Assembly (NCBI GenBank): GCA_963674825.1
Contig: OY771587.1
Coordinates: 2,272,001 to 2,336,000, forward strand
From: Candidatus Cloacimonadales bacterium
GTDB taxonomy: Bacteria; Cloacimonadota; Cloacimonadia; Cloacimonadales; JAIOQZ01
Length of the DNA stretch: 64,000 bases
Direction of reading: 5' to 3'
Shown: one piece after another, positions 50,630 through 61,074 of the stretch
Numbering within the stretch: the stretch's first letter is position 1
Layout: every line of letters begins with the position of its first letter
The notes under the pieces: model-generated
The model's input: the letters and a program-made list of their open reading frames with translations, nothing else
The model's database searches: none
Told to the model about the DNA's origin: nothing
Made by a program: the position numbers and the translations under genes

Positions 50630-52626
50630 TGTTCCACTCCTATGCGCGTTGCGATTGTGCCGAGGATTTCCATGGCGTTCGCGCGGACGTGTATGAACTC
50701 GTCGATGCCGGATGCTTTATGCTGTTCGATCTGATCCTTGGGATAACCCGCCAGGACCGTGACGATATCGGGATTGTTATTCTTGAGACCTTCGAGGATC
50801 GGCGGTACGAGCTCGGGATAGGTGTCGTCGGTGGAGCAGATGATCACGACAGGCGCACCATTTTCGCTGGCTGCTTTAACTGCGTCTTCAACCGTGGCGA
50901 ATCCCTTGTTGTCGATCACGTCGTAACCGGCTACCTGGAAGAATCCACGGGAGAAATCGGCGCGAGCTTTGTGCTGCTTGACGCTGCCCATGTTCAGCAG
51001 GAAGACGCGTTTGTCTTTCTCTGACTGCATCACGCTGGTGCGCAGGTCTTCGAATCCCTTCGCGAGGCGATGGCTTTCCAGAGGCTCGACGGTCATCATG
51101 TCGTCGGAGGTGAGGTCCAACGCTTCTTCGAGGGTCAGGCCATTTTTAAATGCTTCAGAAATTGCTGCGATGTCCGTTGATTCCGGCTTGATGCCTGATT
51201 TTTTCGAACGGCACGATTGGCAGCTCCACTCTTCGCTTTCCCAAGGTACAATCATGGGCTGCTCGTCCGGGTTCGCGTACATGTTAACGCCGACCAGCAC
51301 ATCTTTACGGATGTTCAGGTTTTTGTCGCGACCATTTTTTATCTCCGCGATGCGTTTCTGAAGGGTTCCAGATTCGAGCGTTTTGAGAACACCGCCATCC
51401 GCTTCCATGGTGCGGAAGAGATTCCAGGCCTCACCTGCGAGGAAGTTGGTGAGCGTTTCGATCAGGTAAGAGCCGCCGGCTGGATCGATCACTTCGTCCA
51501 GATGCGATTCTTCGCTGAGAATGATCTGTGTGTTACGAGCGATGCGCCGTGCGAATTCGTTCGGGAAATCGTAGGTGGCGTTGAAGGGCTCGACAGTCAT
51601 CGAGTCTGCCATGCCGAGTACGCCCGAAAGCGCTTCGGTCGTGGTGCGGAGCATGTTCACATAAGGATCGTAAACGGTTTTGTTCATGAAGGCGGTGCCA
51701 ACGTGGATGTGCAGGTTCGGTGCGCATTCAGGCTTGCCGTAAGCGTCGCAGAGGTTTTTCCAAAGGACGCGTGCTGCGCGCAGCTTGGCGATTTCCATGA
51801 AGAACTTCGCGCCTACCGAGAAGGAGACTTCCATCTTGTTGAGGACGGTCTCGAGTTCGATTCCCGCTTCGGTGAGTCTATCGATGTATTCCACCGCGGA
51901 GGAGAGGAAGAACGCCAGCTCTTCCACCGCGCTTCCGCCTGCTTCGTGGCAGACTTCTGTATGGATGGTGATCGGGTTCATTCCGGGCTGGTTTTCGAAT
52001 GCCCATTTCGCGGTGTGGACGGCGTCCTGCATCGCGTCTGCGGGGATCTCGCCGCAGGCGGCCAGTTCACCGATCGGGTCCATGCCGAGCGAGCCCATGA
52101 GCGGCTTGCCCATCGCGTCCAGCATGGCAGCGAGCGCTTTACCGGAAGCATAGCTGTTGAACCGCAGCGGGACGGTTGTCAGATCGACACCGTCGAACGC
52201 CTTCTCGAGGTCTCCGAGTGTCTGCACACAGAGGCACGAGCGGAACAGCTTTTCCTTGATATGATTCGGGGCCACCGGGTTGATGCTGACGGCGGTCATG
52301 CCGCGTGCGAGGTCGTTCTTGAGCGCTTTGTTGTAATCTTCGATCACATGCTCTTCGATTTCCTGCGCGATCTGCCAGCGTTTTTTACGGAAGCCCTCGG
52401 GTTTCATTCCGCGAACATATGCCGTGAATCCAGGCATTGAGCCGATCTGATCGAGTTTATCCGTATCCTGACGATCGTAGATCGGGTCGAGCGTGATCCC
52501 TTCGGGCATCTTCGTTTTCAGCACCTTGTTAAAAGGTGCGCCTTTCAACAGCTTTTCAGCTGCTTCTCTCCATGCTTCCCGGGTTGCTTCGGGAAACAGC
52601 TCTTTCCATTCTCCATTTTGCTCCAT
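50626..52626 (-). CDS. mutA: Methylmalonyl-CoA mutase small subunit
   Basis: [29 protein letters not shown]; lacks DxHxxG. Confidence 0.93.
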   Translation of the reverse strand: MEQNGEWKELFPEATREAWREAAEKLLKGAPFNKVLKTKMPEGITLDPIYDRQDTDKLDQIGSMPGFTAYVRGMKPEGFRKKRWQIAQEIEEHVIEDYNKALKNDLARGMTAVSINPVAPNHIKEKLFRSCLCVQTLGDLEKAFDGVDLTTVPLRFNSYASGKALAAMLDAMGKPLMGSLGMDPIGELAACGEIPADAMQDAVHTAKWAFENQPGMNPITIHTEVCHEAGGSAVEELAFFLSSAVEYIDRLTEAGIELETVLNKMEVSFSVGAKFFMEIAKLRAARVLWKNLCDAYGKPECAPNLHIHVGTAFMNKTVYDPYVNMLRTTTEALSGVLGMADSMTVEPFNATYDFPNEFARRIARNTQIILSEESHLDEVIDPAGGSYLIETLTNFLAGEAWNLFRTMEADGGVLKTLESGTLQKRIAEIKNGRDKNLNIRKDVLVGVNMYANPDEQPMIVPWESEEWSCQSCRSKKSGIKPESTDIAAISEAFKNGLTLEEALDLTSDDMMTVEPLESHRLAKGFEDLRTSVMQSEKDKRVFLLNMGSVKQHKARADFSRGFFQVAGYDVIDNKGFATVEDAVKAASENGAPVVIICSTDDTYPELVPPILEGLKNNNPDIVTVLAGYPKDQIEQHKASGIDEFIHVRANAMEILGTIATRIGVEQ

Positions 52627-52820
52627 GGTGTTTCTCCATCGAATGTTTTGATCGTAAACGTATCACGTCTATCGAGTAATCCATTGAAAATAATGCATTT
52701 TCATTCTGGAGACGTATCCCTGTTTCGAGCCAGAATGTCAATGAAAATCGGTCAGAATTATAACGGTTGGAACGAGATGGTATCAAGAAAGATTAAGCTG
52801 TATGCCAAGAGTGAGGTGTG

Positions 52821-54650
52821 CTATTCTGAAGTGACTTTCCCGGCCTTCAGGCTGTCCAGGATATGCTGCGCGGTCTTTTCGCCGATGCCGGGTACCTGCA
52901 TGAGCTGCTCGGGCGAGGCTTTTTTGAGGTTCTCCACCGAGCCGAACATCTTGAGCAGCAAGAATTTCTTTTCGCTGCCGACACCTCTGACACTGTCCAG
53001 TTCGCTGACCAGCGTGCGCATGGAGCGTTTCTTGCGATGGAAAGTGATGGCGAAATGATGGGCTTCGTCGCGCACCTTGATCAGGAGTCGCAGCGCGGAT
53101 GATGATCGCGGTAGGATCACCGATTCGCTGCTTCCCGGGCGGAACACTTCCTCAATCCGCTTTGCCAGCGATATCATCTCGATCCCTTCCACACCAGAAT
53201 TTTGCAGCACCTTCCAGGCGCGTCCGAGCTGTCCCTTGCCTCCGTCGATAACGATCAGATCGGGCTTCTCTTGCTCGTCGATCTTTGCCAGATAGCGGAT
53301 GAGCGTCTCCTCCATGCTGGCGAAGTCGTCCTGCCCGGTGACGGTTTTCATGGTGTAGTGTCGGTAATTCCGCTTCTTCATCCTGCCGTTTTCGGAAAAG
53401 ACCATCGATGATACCGTCTCCGAGCCCTGGATGGTAGAGATATCGAAGCACACGATCTTTCGCGGTAGCTGCGGAAGGCCGAGTTTGTCCTTGAGCTCCT
53501 GAATGGGGAAGATGGTGCGGTTTTTCTTGCGAAGGTACTTGAGCTTGAGCTCTTCGACATAGTTGAATGCGTTTTCGCGCGCCATGAGCATGAGCCGGCG
53601 ATTATCGCCTCGCTGCGGTACCACGAGCCGGTTCTTTAGCCAGCCGTTGATGACCTCGAAGTCCTCCGGTTCGTTCTGGATGTAGATGCGATAGGGGAGC
53701 TTGCTGTCGTCGCCACTCCGATCGATCACTTGCGCGTAATACTGCTGCAGGAACGCAGCCATGAGCTGGGCCTCGGATTGATCCGCGGTGTTTTCGAGCT
53801 CGTGGATTTCGCGATTGAGCAGCTTTCCCGAGAGTACCTTGAGTACCGACGCCACAGCTCGCTCGCCTTCGATGTAGAGTCCGATCACATCGCGATCTTT
53901 CTCGTCGGTGAAATAGACGTTCTGGCTCGCCATGAGCTTCTCGATGTGCTGGAGCCGGTCGCGCATCTTCGCGGCCTTCTCGAACTCGAGGTTATCCGAA
54001 TATTCCTGCATCCTATGCCGGATGGCCTCCGCGACTTCGTGATCCTTACCCTGGAGGAAACGCACGATCTGGGTGACTGTCTGCCGGTATTCCTGTTTGG
54101 TGATGTAGCCTACGCACGGTGCGGGGCATTTACCCATCTGGTAGTTCATGCACGGGCGGTCGTGGATAACGCGATCTTCGGGAATCTCCAATGCACAGGT
54201 GCGGATGGGGAAGATCCACTCGATCAGCCGTAGGGTGCGCCGTACAGCCCGGGAATCGGTGTACGGACCGAAGTATTGCGACCCATCTTTCACTTGCTCG
54301 CGCGTTACAAAAATGCGCGGAAAAGGCTCGTTCGAGATGCGGATAAAGGGGTATTGTTTATCGTCTTTGAGCCGGATATTGTAGTGGGGCCGATGCTTCT
54401 TGATCAGGTTTGCTTCCAGCACCAGCGCTTCGTATTCGCTAACGGTGATGATGTAGTCAAAATCGTCGATGTTCTCCACCAGGCTACGTGTCTTTTCATC
54501 CGCAGGGGTTCCGGTGAAGTAGGATTTGAGGCGGTTCTTGAGGTTTAGTGCCTTGCCGACATAGATGATCTCGCCCTCTTTGTCCCGCATACGATAGACA
54601 CCCGGCTTGTCCGGGGCTAATTGCAGTTTCTTCAGGTACTTTTTTTCCAT
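52821..54650 (-). CDS. uvrC: Excinuclease ABC subunit C
   Basis: PGVY...IYVGKA GIY-YIG domain, FDISTIQG, IDGGKGQ, HhH. Confidence 0.97.
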   Translation of the reverse strand: MEKKYLKKLQLAPDKPGVYRMRDKEGEIIYVGKALNLKNRLKSYFTGTPADEKTRSLVENIDDFDYIITVSEYEALVLEANLIKKHRPHYNIRLKDDKQYPFIRISNEPFPRIFVTREQVKDGSQYFGPYTDSRAVRRTLRLIEWIFPIRTCALEIPEDRVIHDRPCMNYQMGKCPAPCVGYITKQEYRQTVTQIVRFLQGKDHEVAEAIRHRMQEYSDNLEFEKAAKMRDRLQHIEKLMASQNVYFTDEKDRDVIGLYIEGERAVASVLKVLSGKLLNREIHELENTADQSEAQLMAAFLQQYYAQVIDRSGDDSKLPYRIYIQNEPEDFEVINGWLKNRLVVPQRGDNRRLMLMARENAFNYVEELKLKYLRKKNRTIFPIQELKDKLGLPQLPRKIVCFDISTIQGSETVSSMVFSENGRMKKRNYRHYTMKTVTGQDDFASMEETLIRYLAKIDEQEKPDLIVIDGGKGQLGRAWKVLQNSGVEGIEMISLAKRIEEVFRPGSSESVILPRSSSALRLLIKVRDEAHHFAITFHRKKRSMRTLVSELDSVRGVGSEKKFLLLKMFGSVENLKKASPEQLMQVPGIGEKTAQHILDSLKAGKVTSE

Positions 54651-56188
54651 GTCAGTTTCCGTCTTTTGAAATCTAAGTGAAGGCCCATGAGGCGAAGCCC
54701 GGGCAGGATAATCACGATGGAAAGGGCGATATGCAGTGCCAGGCGGATTGCGCCGTGTAGCCAGTCGTTGCCAGTGATCAGCAGCGCGACCGGTACTTTC
54801 GCGGCGTAGACCAGCACACCCAGGATCATGATGTAGAATGACTCTTTTACGATCGAGCGGCTGTGGATGTATGGGTATTTTTTCTTGATCAAAATTATCA
54901 GAATGGCCGTCTGCACCACAGCTGAAAGTGAAGTAGCCAGCGCGAGGCCGACATGCGCCAGAAACTGCATCAGGATTAGGTTTAGCACGATGTTGGAGGC
55001 AGTGGCGATTCCCGAGATGATGACCGGTGTCCTGGTGTTGCCGTGGGCATGAAACACCGGTACCAGAATGCGGTTGACACTGAAAAAGACCAGTCCTGCG
55101 CTGTACATGACCAGGGCCGGGGTCGTCATTGCCAGCGCGTGGGCATCGAACGCGCCGCGCATAAATATAACTCGAATGATATCCTGTCCCGAAGCTGCGA
55201 TGAAGGCGGTAACGGGGATCATCAGGAATACCATCGAAAGAGAGGCAAAGCGTATCTTTGAGGAAAGTTCAGGCCACTCCTTTTTCACGATAAGGCGGGA
55301 GAATTCCGGGATTGCCGCGGTTCCGGCCGCGACGCCGAACATCCCCAACGGAAGCTGCATCAGGCGATAGGCGTAGGTTAGCGACGAAATGCTTCCCTCG
55401 GGAAGATACGAAGCCAACATGCGATCGACAACCAGGTTGATCTGAAGGATCGCGATACCGACAACACCCGGTAAGAAACGGTTCCAGAGTTGTCCCATGG
55501 CCTCTGTGTTGCCTTTGACAGAAAGCTGTATCCGATAGCCATGTCGCTTGAGCTGCGGGAAATTGACTACCGTCTGTAAAACGCCACCCAGTAAGACGCC
55601 ATAAGACAGTACAACCGCATATACGTTCATGTCGGAGGGCTTCAGAAGAGCATAAAGCCCAAGTGTTGCGATCATACCGATATTGAAGAATGCAGAGGAT
55701 AGCCCCGGGATAAAAAAGTGTCCGTGGGAATTCAGGATCGCGATGAGGGTTGATGACACACCCACCAGAAAGAGGTACGGGAACATGATGCGCGCCAGCT
55801 TCACCGTGAGTTGCGCGGTCTGTTCGTCGAATCCCGGTGCGAAGATACGCACGATGAGCGGTGCGAGGAGGGTTCCGATGAGGCTGAGGATGACCAGGAA
55901 GATGCTCAGAACGCTGACGACCTGGATTCCGTAATGGATCTGGTCTTTTTTTCCGCGCTTGATGCCGATTTCGTTGTATAGCGGTATGAATGCTGCCGAA
56001 AGCGCTCCCTCACCGAAAAGGCGACGAAGGAGATTGGGCAGAATAAACGCGAGGTTGAAGGCGTCCGCGATGTAGGATGTGCCGAAGAATCCGGCGAAAA
56101 TAAGGTCGCGAAGTAATCCCAAGATGCGGCTGAAGAATACAGCGATAGTCATGAAGAGCGTGTTTTTAGCAAGCTCTCTATGGCTCAT
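54632..56188 (-). CDS. murJ: Lipid II flippase MurJ
   Basis: SRILGLLRD, PNLLRRLFGEGALSAAFIP, YAYRLMQLPLG. Confidence 0.95.
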   Translation of the reverse strand: MSHRELAKNTLFMTIAVFFSRILGLLRDLIFAGFFGTSYIADAFNLAFILPNLLRRLFGEGALSAAFIPLYNEIGIKRGKKDQIHYGIQVVSVLSIFLVILSLIGTLLAPLIVRIFAPGFDEQTAQLTVKLARIMFPYLFLVGVSSTLIAILNSHGHFFIPGLSSAFFNIGMIATLGLYALLKPSDMNVYAVVLSYGVLLGGVLQTVVNFPQLKRHGYRIQLSVKGNTEAMGQLWNRFLPGVVGIAILQINLVVDRMLASYLPEGSISSLTYAYRLMQLPLGMFGVAAGTAAIPEFSRLIVKKEWPELSSKIRFASLSMVFLMIPVTAFIAASGQDIIRVIFMRGAFDAHALAMTTPALVMYSAGLVFFSVNRILVPVFHAHGNTRTPVIISGIATASNIVLNLILMQFLAHVGLALATSLSAVVQTAILIILIKKKYPYIHSRSIVKESFYIMILGVLVYAAKVPVALLITGNDWLHGAIRLALHIALSIVIILPGLRLMGLHLDFKRRKLTWKKST

Positions 56189-57585
56189 TTATGCTCCATC
56201 TCCATTGCGCTCATTTTCTGGAATTGCTTGATCTGGCGGACCACAAAGATCGATGTCAGTATGGTCGTCAGGAAGTCCGAGATCGGGAACGAAGCGAATA
56301 CACCAGTCAAACCGATGAAATGTGGCAGAATAAGCAGCAACGGTATCAACATCAGTACTTGTCTCGAAAGTGCAAGGATCAGTGCGGTCGATGCCTTACC
56401 GGTTGCCTGGAAATTGACGGTTCCTGTGATCTGATAGGCTACAACGGGCAATCCGAGGATAATCACGCGCATATATCGTGATGCTTCACGAAGCAGTTCG
56501 GGATCACTGGTGAAGGCGCGGATCAACAATGTTGGGAAAGCCAGCATCAGGATTACGCCAAATACGATGATCACGGTACCGGCAGTGCTTGCGAGCATGT
56601 AGGCCCGTTTGATCTGATTATAGCGTCTGGCTCCATAGTTGAAGCCGATAATTGGTTGTAGCGCTTGGGAGATTCCAAAGATGGGCATCATGAACATCAT
56701 GATAATACTGTTAATGATCCCGTATGCAGCAATATGAATTTCCGAGCCGTAGTGACGTAGTGACTGATTAACCAAGAGTGCGCTACCGCTCATGGCGATC
56801 TGCCTTGCAAAAGATGAGCTTCCGATGGCCAGCATCTCACGAATGATGCTCAAATCCGGCTTCAGATTCGCGAGCCTGAATGTGAGATGACTTTTTCCCC
56901 AGACAAAATACCGGGTAACCCACATAGCCATCAGGAATTGAGCCAGAACTGTCGCGATTGCCGCACCACGTACACCCATGTCGAACACGAATATGAAAAT
57001 CGGGTCCATAATGATATTGCTCAGCGCGGAGACAAGCATCGAGATCATGGCAACGCGCGCGTTGCCTTCGGAGCGGATGATGTTGTTGCTCGCCACCGAA
57101 TAGGCGAAGAACACGTTACCCATCAGGATCGTGCTGAGATAGTCTCTTGCATGGTTGTAGATCAGCGGTGTAGAGCCGAAGGCGTTCAGCAGCCATTCGA
57201 TATTGGACAGACCGAATGCCGCGATCATTGCGCTGAATACTACCGACAGGAGGATGGCGTTACCAAATGCACGGTCAGCGCGATCGATATTGCCGGAGCC
57301 AAGGCCTCGTGATATGATCGATGCCGAGCCAATGCCGACCGTCATGCCGACAGCCATGACAATCATCTGAATGGGGAAGCAAATCGTAATGCCGGCTATC
57401 GCTTCTTTGCCGACTCCCTGACCTACGAAAATACGATCGACAACATTGTAAAGCGCTTGCAACATCATGCCGATCACAGCAGGAATCGAGAGCTTTATCA
57501 TGAGTTTTTTGATGTTGCTGTCGTCGAGTACTTGTTTGCGTGGTGGATTTTGAATGTTTGAATTACCTGTTGAGTTCGACTTCAT
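56185..57585 (-). CDS. MATE family efflux transporter
   Basis: YNVVDRIFVG, NIIMDPIFIF...GVRGAAIAT, QPIIGFNYGA. Confidence 0.93.
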   Translation of the reverse strand: MKSNSTGNSNIQNPPRKQVLDDSNIKKLMIKLSIPAVIGMMLQALYNVVDRIFVGQGVGKEAIAGITICFPIQMIVMAVGMTVGIGSASIISRGLGSGNIDRADRAFGNAILLSVVFSAMIAAFGLSNIEWLLNAFGSTPLIYNHARDYLSTILMGNVFFAYSVASNNIIRSEGNARVAMISMLVSALSNIIMDPIFIFVFDMGVRGAAIATVLAQFLMAMWVTRYFVWGKSHLTFRLANLKPDLSIIREMLAIGSSSFARQIAMSGSALLVNQSLRHYGSEIHIAAYGIINSIIMMFMMPIFGISQALQPIIGFNYGARRYNQIKRAYMLASTAGTVIIVFGVILMLAFPTLLIRAFTSDPELLREASRYMRVIILGLPVVAYQITGTVNFQATGKASTALILALSRQVLMLIPLLLILPHFIGLTGVFASFPISDFLTTILTSIFVVRQIKQFQKMSAMEMEHK

Positions 57586-58315
57586 AGAATTCCTTGATCG
57601 TGTAATGCTCTGAACGGGGAAACATATCCTTCAATACATAACGATGTTCCGCGCCTACCAACATAACGCAGCGCTTCCCCTGGACGTGAGAAATAATCTG
57701 TTGTATGTGCTCTACCATTTTGGTATTTCGATAATACCAAAACTCGTAATAATTGATCCAGTAACTGCGCAGTTTCTCGAACCGCGCGAATTTTCTCAGA
57801 ATCTCCGGCAGCAATTCACTCCATATGTTGTGGCGCAATCGAACGATACGGTCGAAACCGTTCGAATTGATCATGAACGGATCAGCGTGTGTGAAGTGGA
57901 AATTCTGGATCTCACGAAGCTCCAGCGCCAGTGACAGCATCTGCAGATACATGGCGTTGGATTCGTTACGTTCCAGTTCCGACTGCCACTGATGCAATAA
58001 TTCACCGGCTTCGTCGCGCCGTGAATTGATGCGCTCGATCCGATCGATGAGATCGGGAATATCGAAGGGAACCACGTCGAGATTTTCTTTGCTTACAATC
58101 TCGCGAAGCGCTTCAAGCTCCGGTAGATCGCCTTCGTTAATAATCCGTCGCGGTATTGTACCGCGCCTTCCGCTGAGACTGGTGGGCAGATCGAGGAACA
58201 GGACTTCTGGCTGGAGGCGACGGAGTATCTTGTGCAGATCATACACAGAGTAGCTGGCATTCTTGCGATGTCCTTCATGCAGTGTACCGATCATCACGAT
58301 TTCCGTTCTATCCAT
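57563..58315 (-). CDS. Hypothetical protein, TraB/TIKI-like fold
   Basis: IGTLH, RNTKM and VGAEH motifs; GGAGG RBS before the ATG at 58315. Confidence 0.5.
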   Translation of the reverse strand: MDRTEIVMIGTLHEGHRKNASYSVYDLHKILRRLQPEVLFLDLPTSLSGRRGTIPRRIINEGDLPELEALREIVSKENLDVVPFDIPDLIDRIERINSRRDEAGELLHQWQSELERNESNAMYLQMLSLALELREIQNFHFTHADPFMINSNGFDRIVRLRHNIWSELLPEILRKFARFEKLRSYWINYYEFWYYRNTKMVEHIQQIISHVQGKRCVMLVGAEHRYVLKDMFPRSEHYTIKEFYEVELNR

Positions 58316-58443
58316 ACTTCCTCCGATCATCCCGTATATCAATATTTTACGTTAACGGCTCAAAGAATGCAAACAATATAGAAATTGACAACTTTTCTGT
58401 TCGATTATTTTTTCAGGAAGGTATAAGGATTCAGGAGGTTACT

Positions 58444-60093
58444 ATGAAATACCTGTTAACCATTTTTGTGTTTCTAATGGTTCTGAGCTTATCAGCTACC
58501 TTGAACCATGACTTTGAATCATTTAGAAGGGATTTATCGATACAGACCCAGCAGTGGCAAGGCTCCGCCGAACATCAATCGATTCGTGACAGCAGAGATG
58601 TCCGGGATTATCAGGTGGGAGACACCCGCACGTTCTGGCGCTGGAATCTCAGCGTGATGCCGCCGACATGGATTCAATCCGAAGCCACCTGCCGTGCGGC
58701 TGGCGAACACTGCTACGTATTTGTGGCGGACGATCAGTGGAATCTGCACATGGATCAAGACGACGTAGATACCGTCATGCCTTATCTGGAGGAGCACACG
58801 CTCAATTGTGACCTTTATGGGGCGGTCGAGATGGATACCGAGCTCTTCGGTCCGATTCCGGACGAGCTGGACAACGATCCCAAGCTGATCGTGTTCTATT
58901 CGGCGCTGGGGCAGTTCAATGGGAGCCAGTTTGACGGCTATTTCAGTCCGTACAACCAGGTTACCGAGGAAGAGGCTCAGCAGATGAGCCCATCTGGTCA
59001 CAGCAACGAGTGCGAGATGATTTACATGACATGCTATCCGCTTGACCCGGTCGAGCCGATCCGTATCTCGGTTCTGGCGCATGAGCTTCAACACCTGATC
59101 CACTGGGGCGGCGACGCAAACGAAGAGACCTGGGTTGACGAAGGCTGTGCCGAACTGGCGATGGTATGGTTTGGTATGCCCGATCCGATTACCGGCTTCA
59201 ACACCAACCCGAACAACAGTCTCGTCGATTGGAATCAGCTCTTCGCCGACTACGTTAAGGTGATGCTTTTCTTCACCTACATGGCTGAGCAGTACGACGA
59301 CGGCACACTGATTCAAGACATCGTCTCTAATCCGGCCAACAGCATTACCGGTATTTCGGAGGAACTCGAGGCCCATGAAACGGGTATTCTGTTCGACGAT
59401 TTGTTTACGGACTGGACGATCGCCAATTTCCTCCACGACACAATTCCCTACGAGGGATTATACGGGTACGAGTTGCTTGATCTGCCTAACTTCACTGCTA
59501 CCAATATTCACACGACCCTGCCGGACGATGGTGATGGCGATGTCCTGGATTGGGCAGCAGAATACTGCAAGGTAATAACCGGTGAGTTGCCCCTGACTTT
59601 CAGTGTCAGCACTTCGGCCATGACTGCCATTGCAGAAATCAGGATCGGGCTCGATCCAATGGACACGCTTGTCCTGATGCACTACTGCGAAGACGAGCTG
59701 AGCTTCACATCCCATGCGACCAGCGACGAATTTAGCAGCGTAGTGTTGGCGTTCATCAACCTCTACGAGAACGAAATCACCTACGACTACACCGTCGATG
59801 AAGTTACGTCGATCGACGAAGAGCAGACGGATGCACCATTCACCTTCAGCTTTGCGCCCAATCCATATCGAGGTGGTAATCTGAGCATGTCTGTCTCTGC
59901 TGCAAAACCTGTTCCTGTGTCCATCTACAACGTTCGTGGACAAGTGGTGCGCGAGTTGCGAACAGACGATCGCGGTGTTGCACAGTGGGATGGATGCGAC
60001 AGACTCGGTAAGCCGGTAGCCGAAGGAATATACCTGCTTCGTGTCGAATCGCACCAAGGGCCGGTCGTCCGTAAGGTGACGGTGCTGCGATGA
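58444..60093 (+). CDS. Secreted zinc metallopeptidase (M30-like) with FlgD-Ig/T9SS-like C-terminal domain
   Basis: Signal peptide, AHELQHLIH...WVDEGCAE; C-terminal PNP...IYNVRG...WDG...GIYL. Confidence 0.8.
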   Translation: MKYLLTIFVFLMVLSLSATLNHDFESFRRDLSIQTQQWQGSAEHQSIRDSRDVRDYQVGDTRTFWRWNLSVMPPTWIQSEATCRAAGEHCYVFVADDQWNLHMDQDDVDTVMPYLEEHTLNCDLYGAVEMDTELFGPIPDELDNDPKLIVFYSALGQFNGSQFDGYFSPYNQVTEEEAQQMSPSGHSNECEMIYMTCYPLDPVEPIRISVLAHELQHLIHWGGDANEETWVDEGCAELAMVWFGMPDPITGFNTNPNNSLVDWNQLFADYVKVMLFFTYMAEQYDDGTLIQDIVSNPANSITGISEELEAHETGILFDDLFTDWTIANFLHDTIPYEGLYGYELLDLPNFTATNIHTTLPDDGDGDVLDWAAEYCKVITGELPLTFSVSTSAMTAIAEIRIGLDPMDTLVLMHYCEDELSFTSHATSDEFSSVVLAFINLYENEITYDYTVDEVTSIDEEQTDAPFTFSFAPNPYRGGNLSMSVSAAKPVPVSIYNVRGQVVRELRTDDRGVAQWDGCDRLGKPVAEGIYLLRVESHQGPVVRKVTVLR

Positions 60094-60932
60094 GAAGACT
60101 TTTGATCGCGCTGGGACTGCTTCTTGTCCCAGTGCTGGTTTTAGCCCAGGCCGTGTTCGTGGAAACCGCCACTGGCGACACGCTGACAGTGGCTGAAGCA
60201 GCTCAGAAGTTGCTCGAATACGATGTTGTGTTCTTCGGAGAGTATCACGACAACGCGATTCTACACCATATGGAGATAAACCTGCTGAAGGCGATGCACG
60301 AGAAAGATCCGAATCTGGTGGTTTCGATGGAGATGTTCGAGCGCGATGTGCAAACGGAACTCTCCTTGTATACTCAAGGCATCACGGTAGAGAAATTCTT
60401 CCTCGAAAACACACGCCCGTGGAGCAACTACGAGACCGACTATCGTCCGGTCGTCGAATTCGCAAAGGAAAATCAGCTACCCGTTATTGCCGCCAATGTT
60501 CCGCGAGATCTCGCGGCGAAAGTCAGTCGGGGTGGAATGGATGCTTTCGACGGCTTCAACCTCAAAGAGAAGCAGAACTCCGCACGTAAGCTGACAGCAC
60601 CCGACGACGAATACAAGAAGCGTTTTATGGAAACCATGTCCGGTGGGATGCATCCCATGGGCAAGCTGAACATGGATTACCTCTATCTTGCGCAGTGCCT
60701 CAAGGATGACACGATGGCAGAGAGTGTCGCGAATTTTCTGGAGCGATTTCCGGACAAAAAAGTGATCCATTTCAACGGCGACTTCCATAGTAACAGTCAT
60801 CTGGGGACAGTCTCCAGACTCGAAGCGATCAAGCCAGGAATCAAAATCGCTGTCATCACACCAGCAGTAAAACCGCTCGAGTCGCAAGACACCGGGATGG
60901 GCGAATTCCTGATACCACTGGATTCGGAATAG
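60090..60932 (+). CDS. ChaN/PhuW family (haem-binding uptake) protein
   Basis: VVFFGEYHD, MEMFERD, DYRP, AANVPR, AQCLKDDTMA, NGDFHS. Confidence 0.85.
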   Translation: MRRLLIALGLLLVPVLVLAQAVFVETATGDTLTVAEAAQKLLEYDVVFFGEYHDNAILHHMEINLLKAMHEKDPNLVVSMEMFERDVQTELSLYTQGITVEKFFLENTRPWSNYETDYRPVVEFAKENQLPVIAANVPRDLAAKVSRGGMDAFDGFNLKEKQNSARKLTAPDDEYKKRFMETMSGGMHPMGKLNMDYLYLAQCLKDDTMAESVANFLERFPDKKVIHFNGDFHSNSHLGTVSRLEAIKPGIKIAVITPAVKPLESQDTGMGEFLIPLDSE

Positions 60933-61074
60933 TCAAATTACGGGATATTCACGCATTATAAACATATAAAAAACAGACAAATAATGCAAAAAAACGCCCA
61001 TTCGGGGATTTTCCTTGACGTTAAAGCGGCCCATAGAATTTTGAGGGAAATAATACACGCAAAGGAGTACTTGA

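Noticed and set aside
48548..50734. 728 aa plus-strand ORF
   Set aside because: Antisense shadow of the well-conserved mutB; it has no motifs and is explained by codon bias.
47454..52440. Other long plus-strand ORFs (367 aa, 407 aa)
   Set aside because: Antisense to meaB and mutA, with no independent evidence.
58282..58443. N-terminal extensions in the ORF track (also 8274, 22408, 25265, 31214, 32452, 42669, 44676)
   Set aside because: Downstream ATGs fit better on RBS, signal peptide or domain start, or by avoiding overlap with neighbours.
61015..61045. Sigma-70 promoters at TTGACA/TTGACG hexamers (also 11370, 29795, 58385)
   Set aside because: The -35 boxes are plausible, but there is no good -10 box at canonical spacing, so they were not called.
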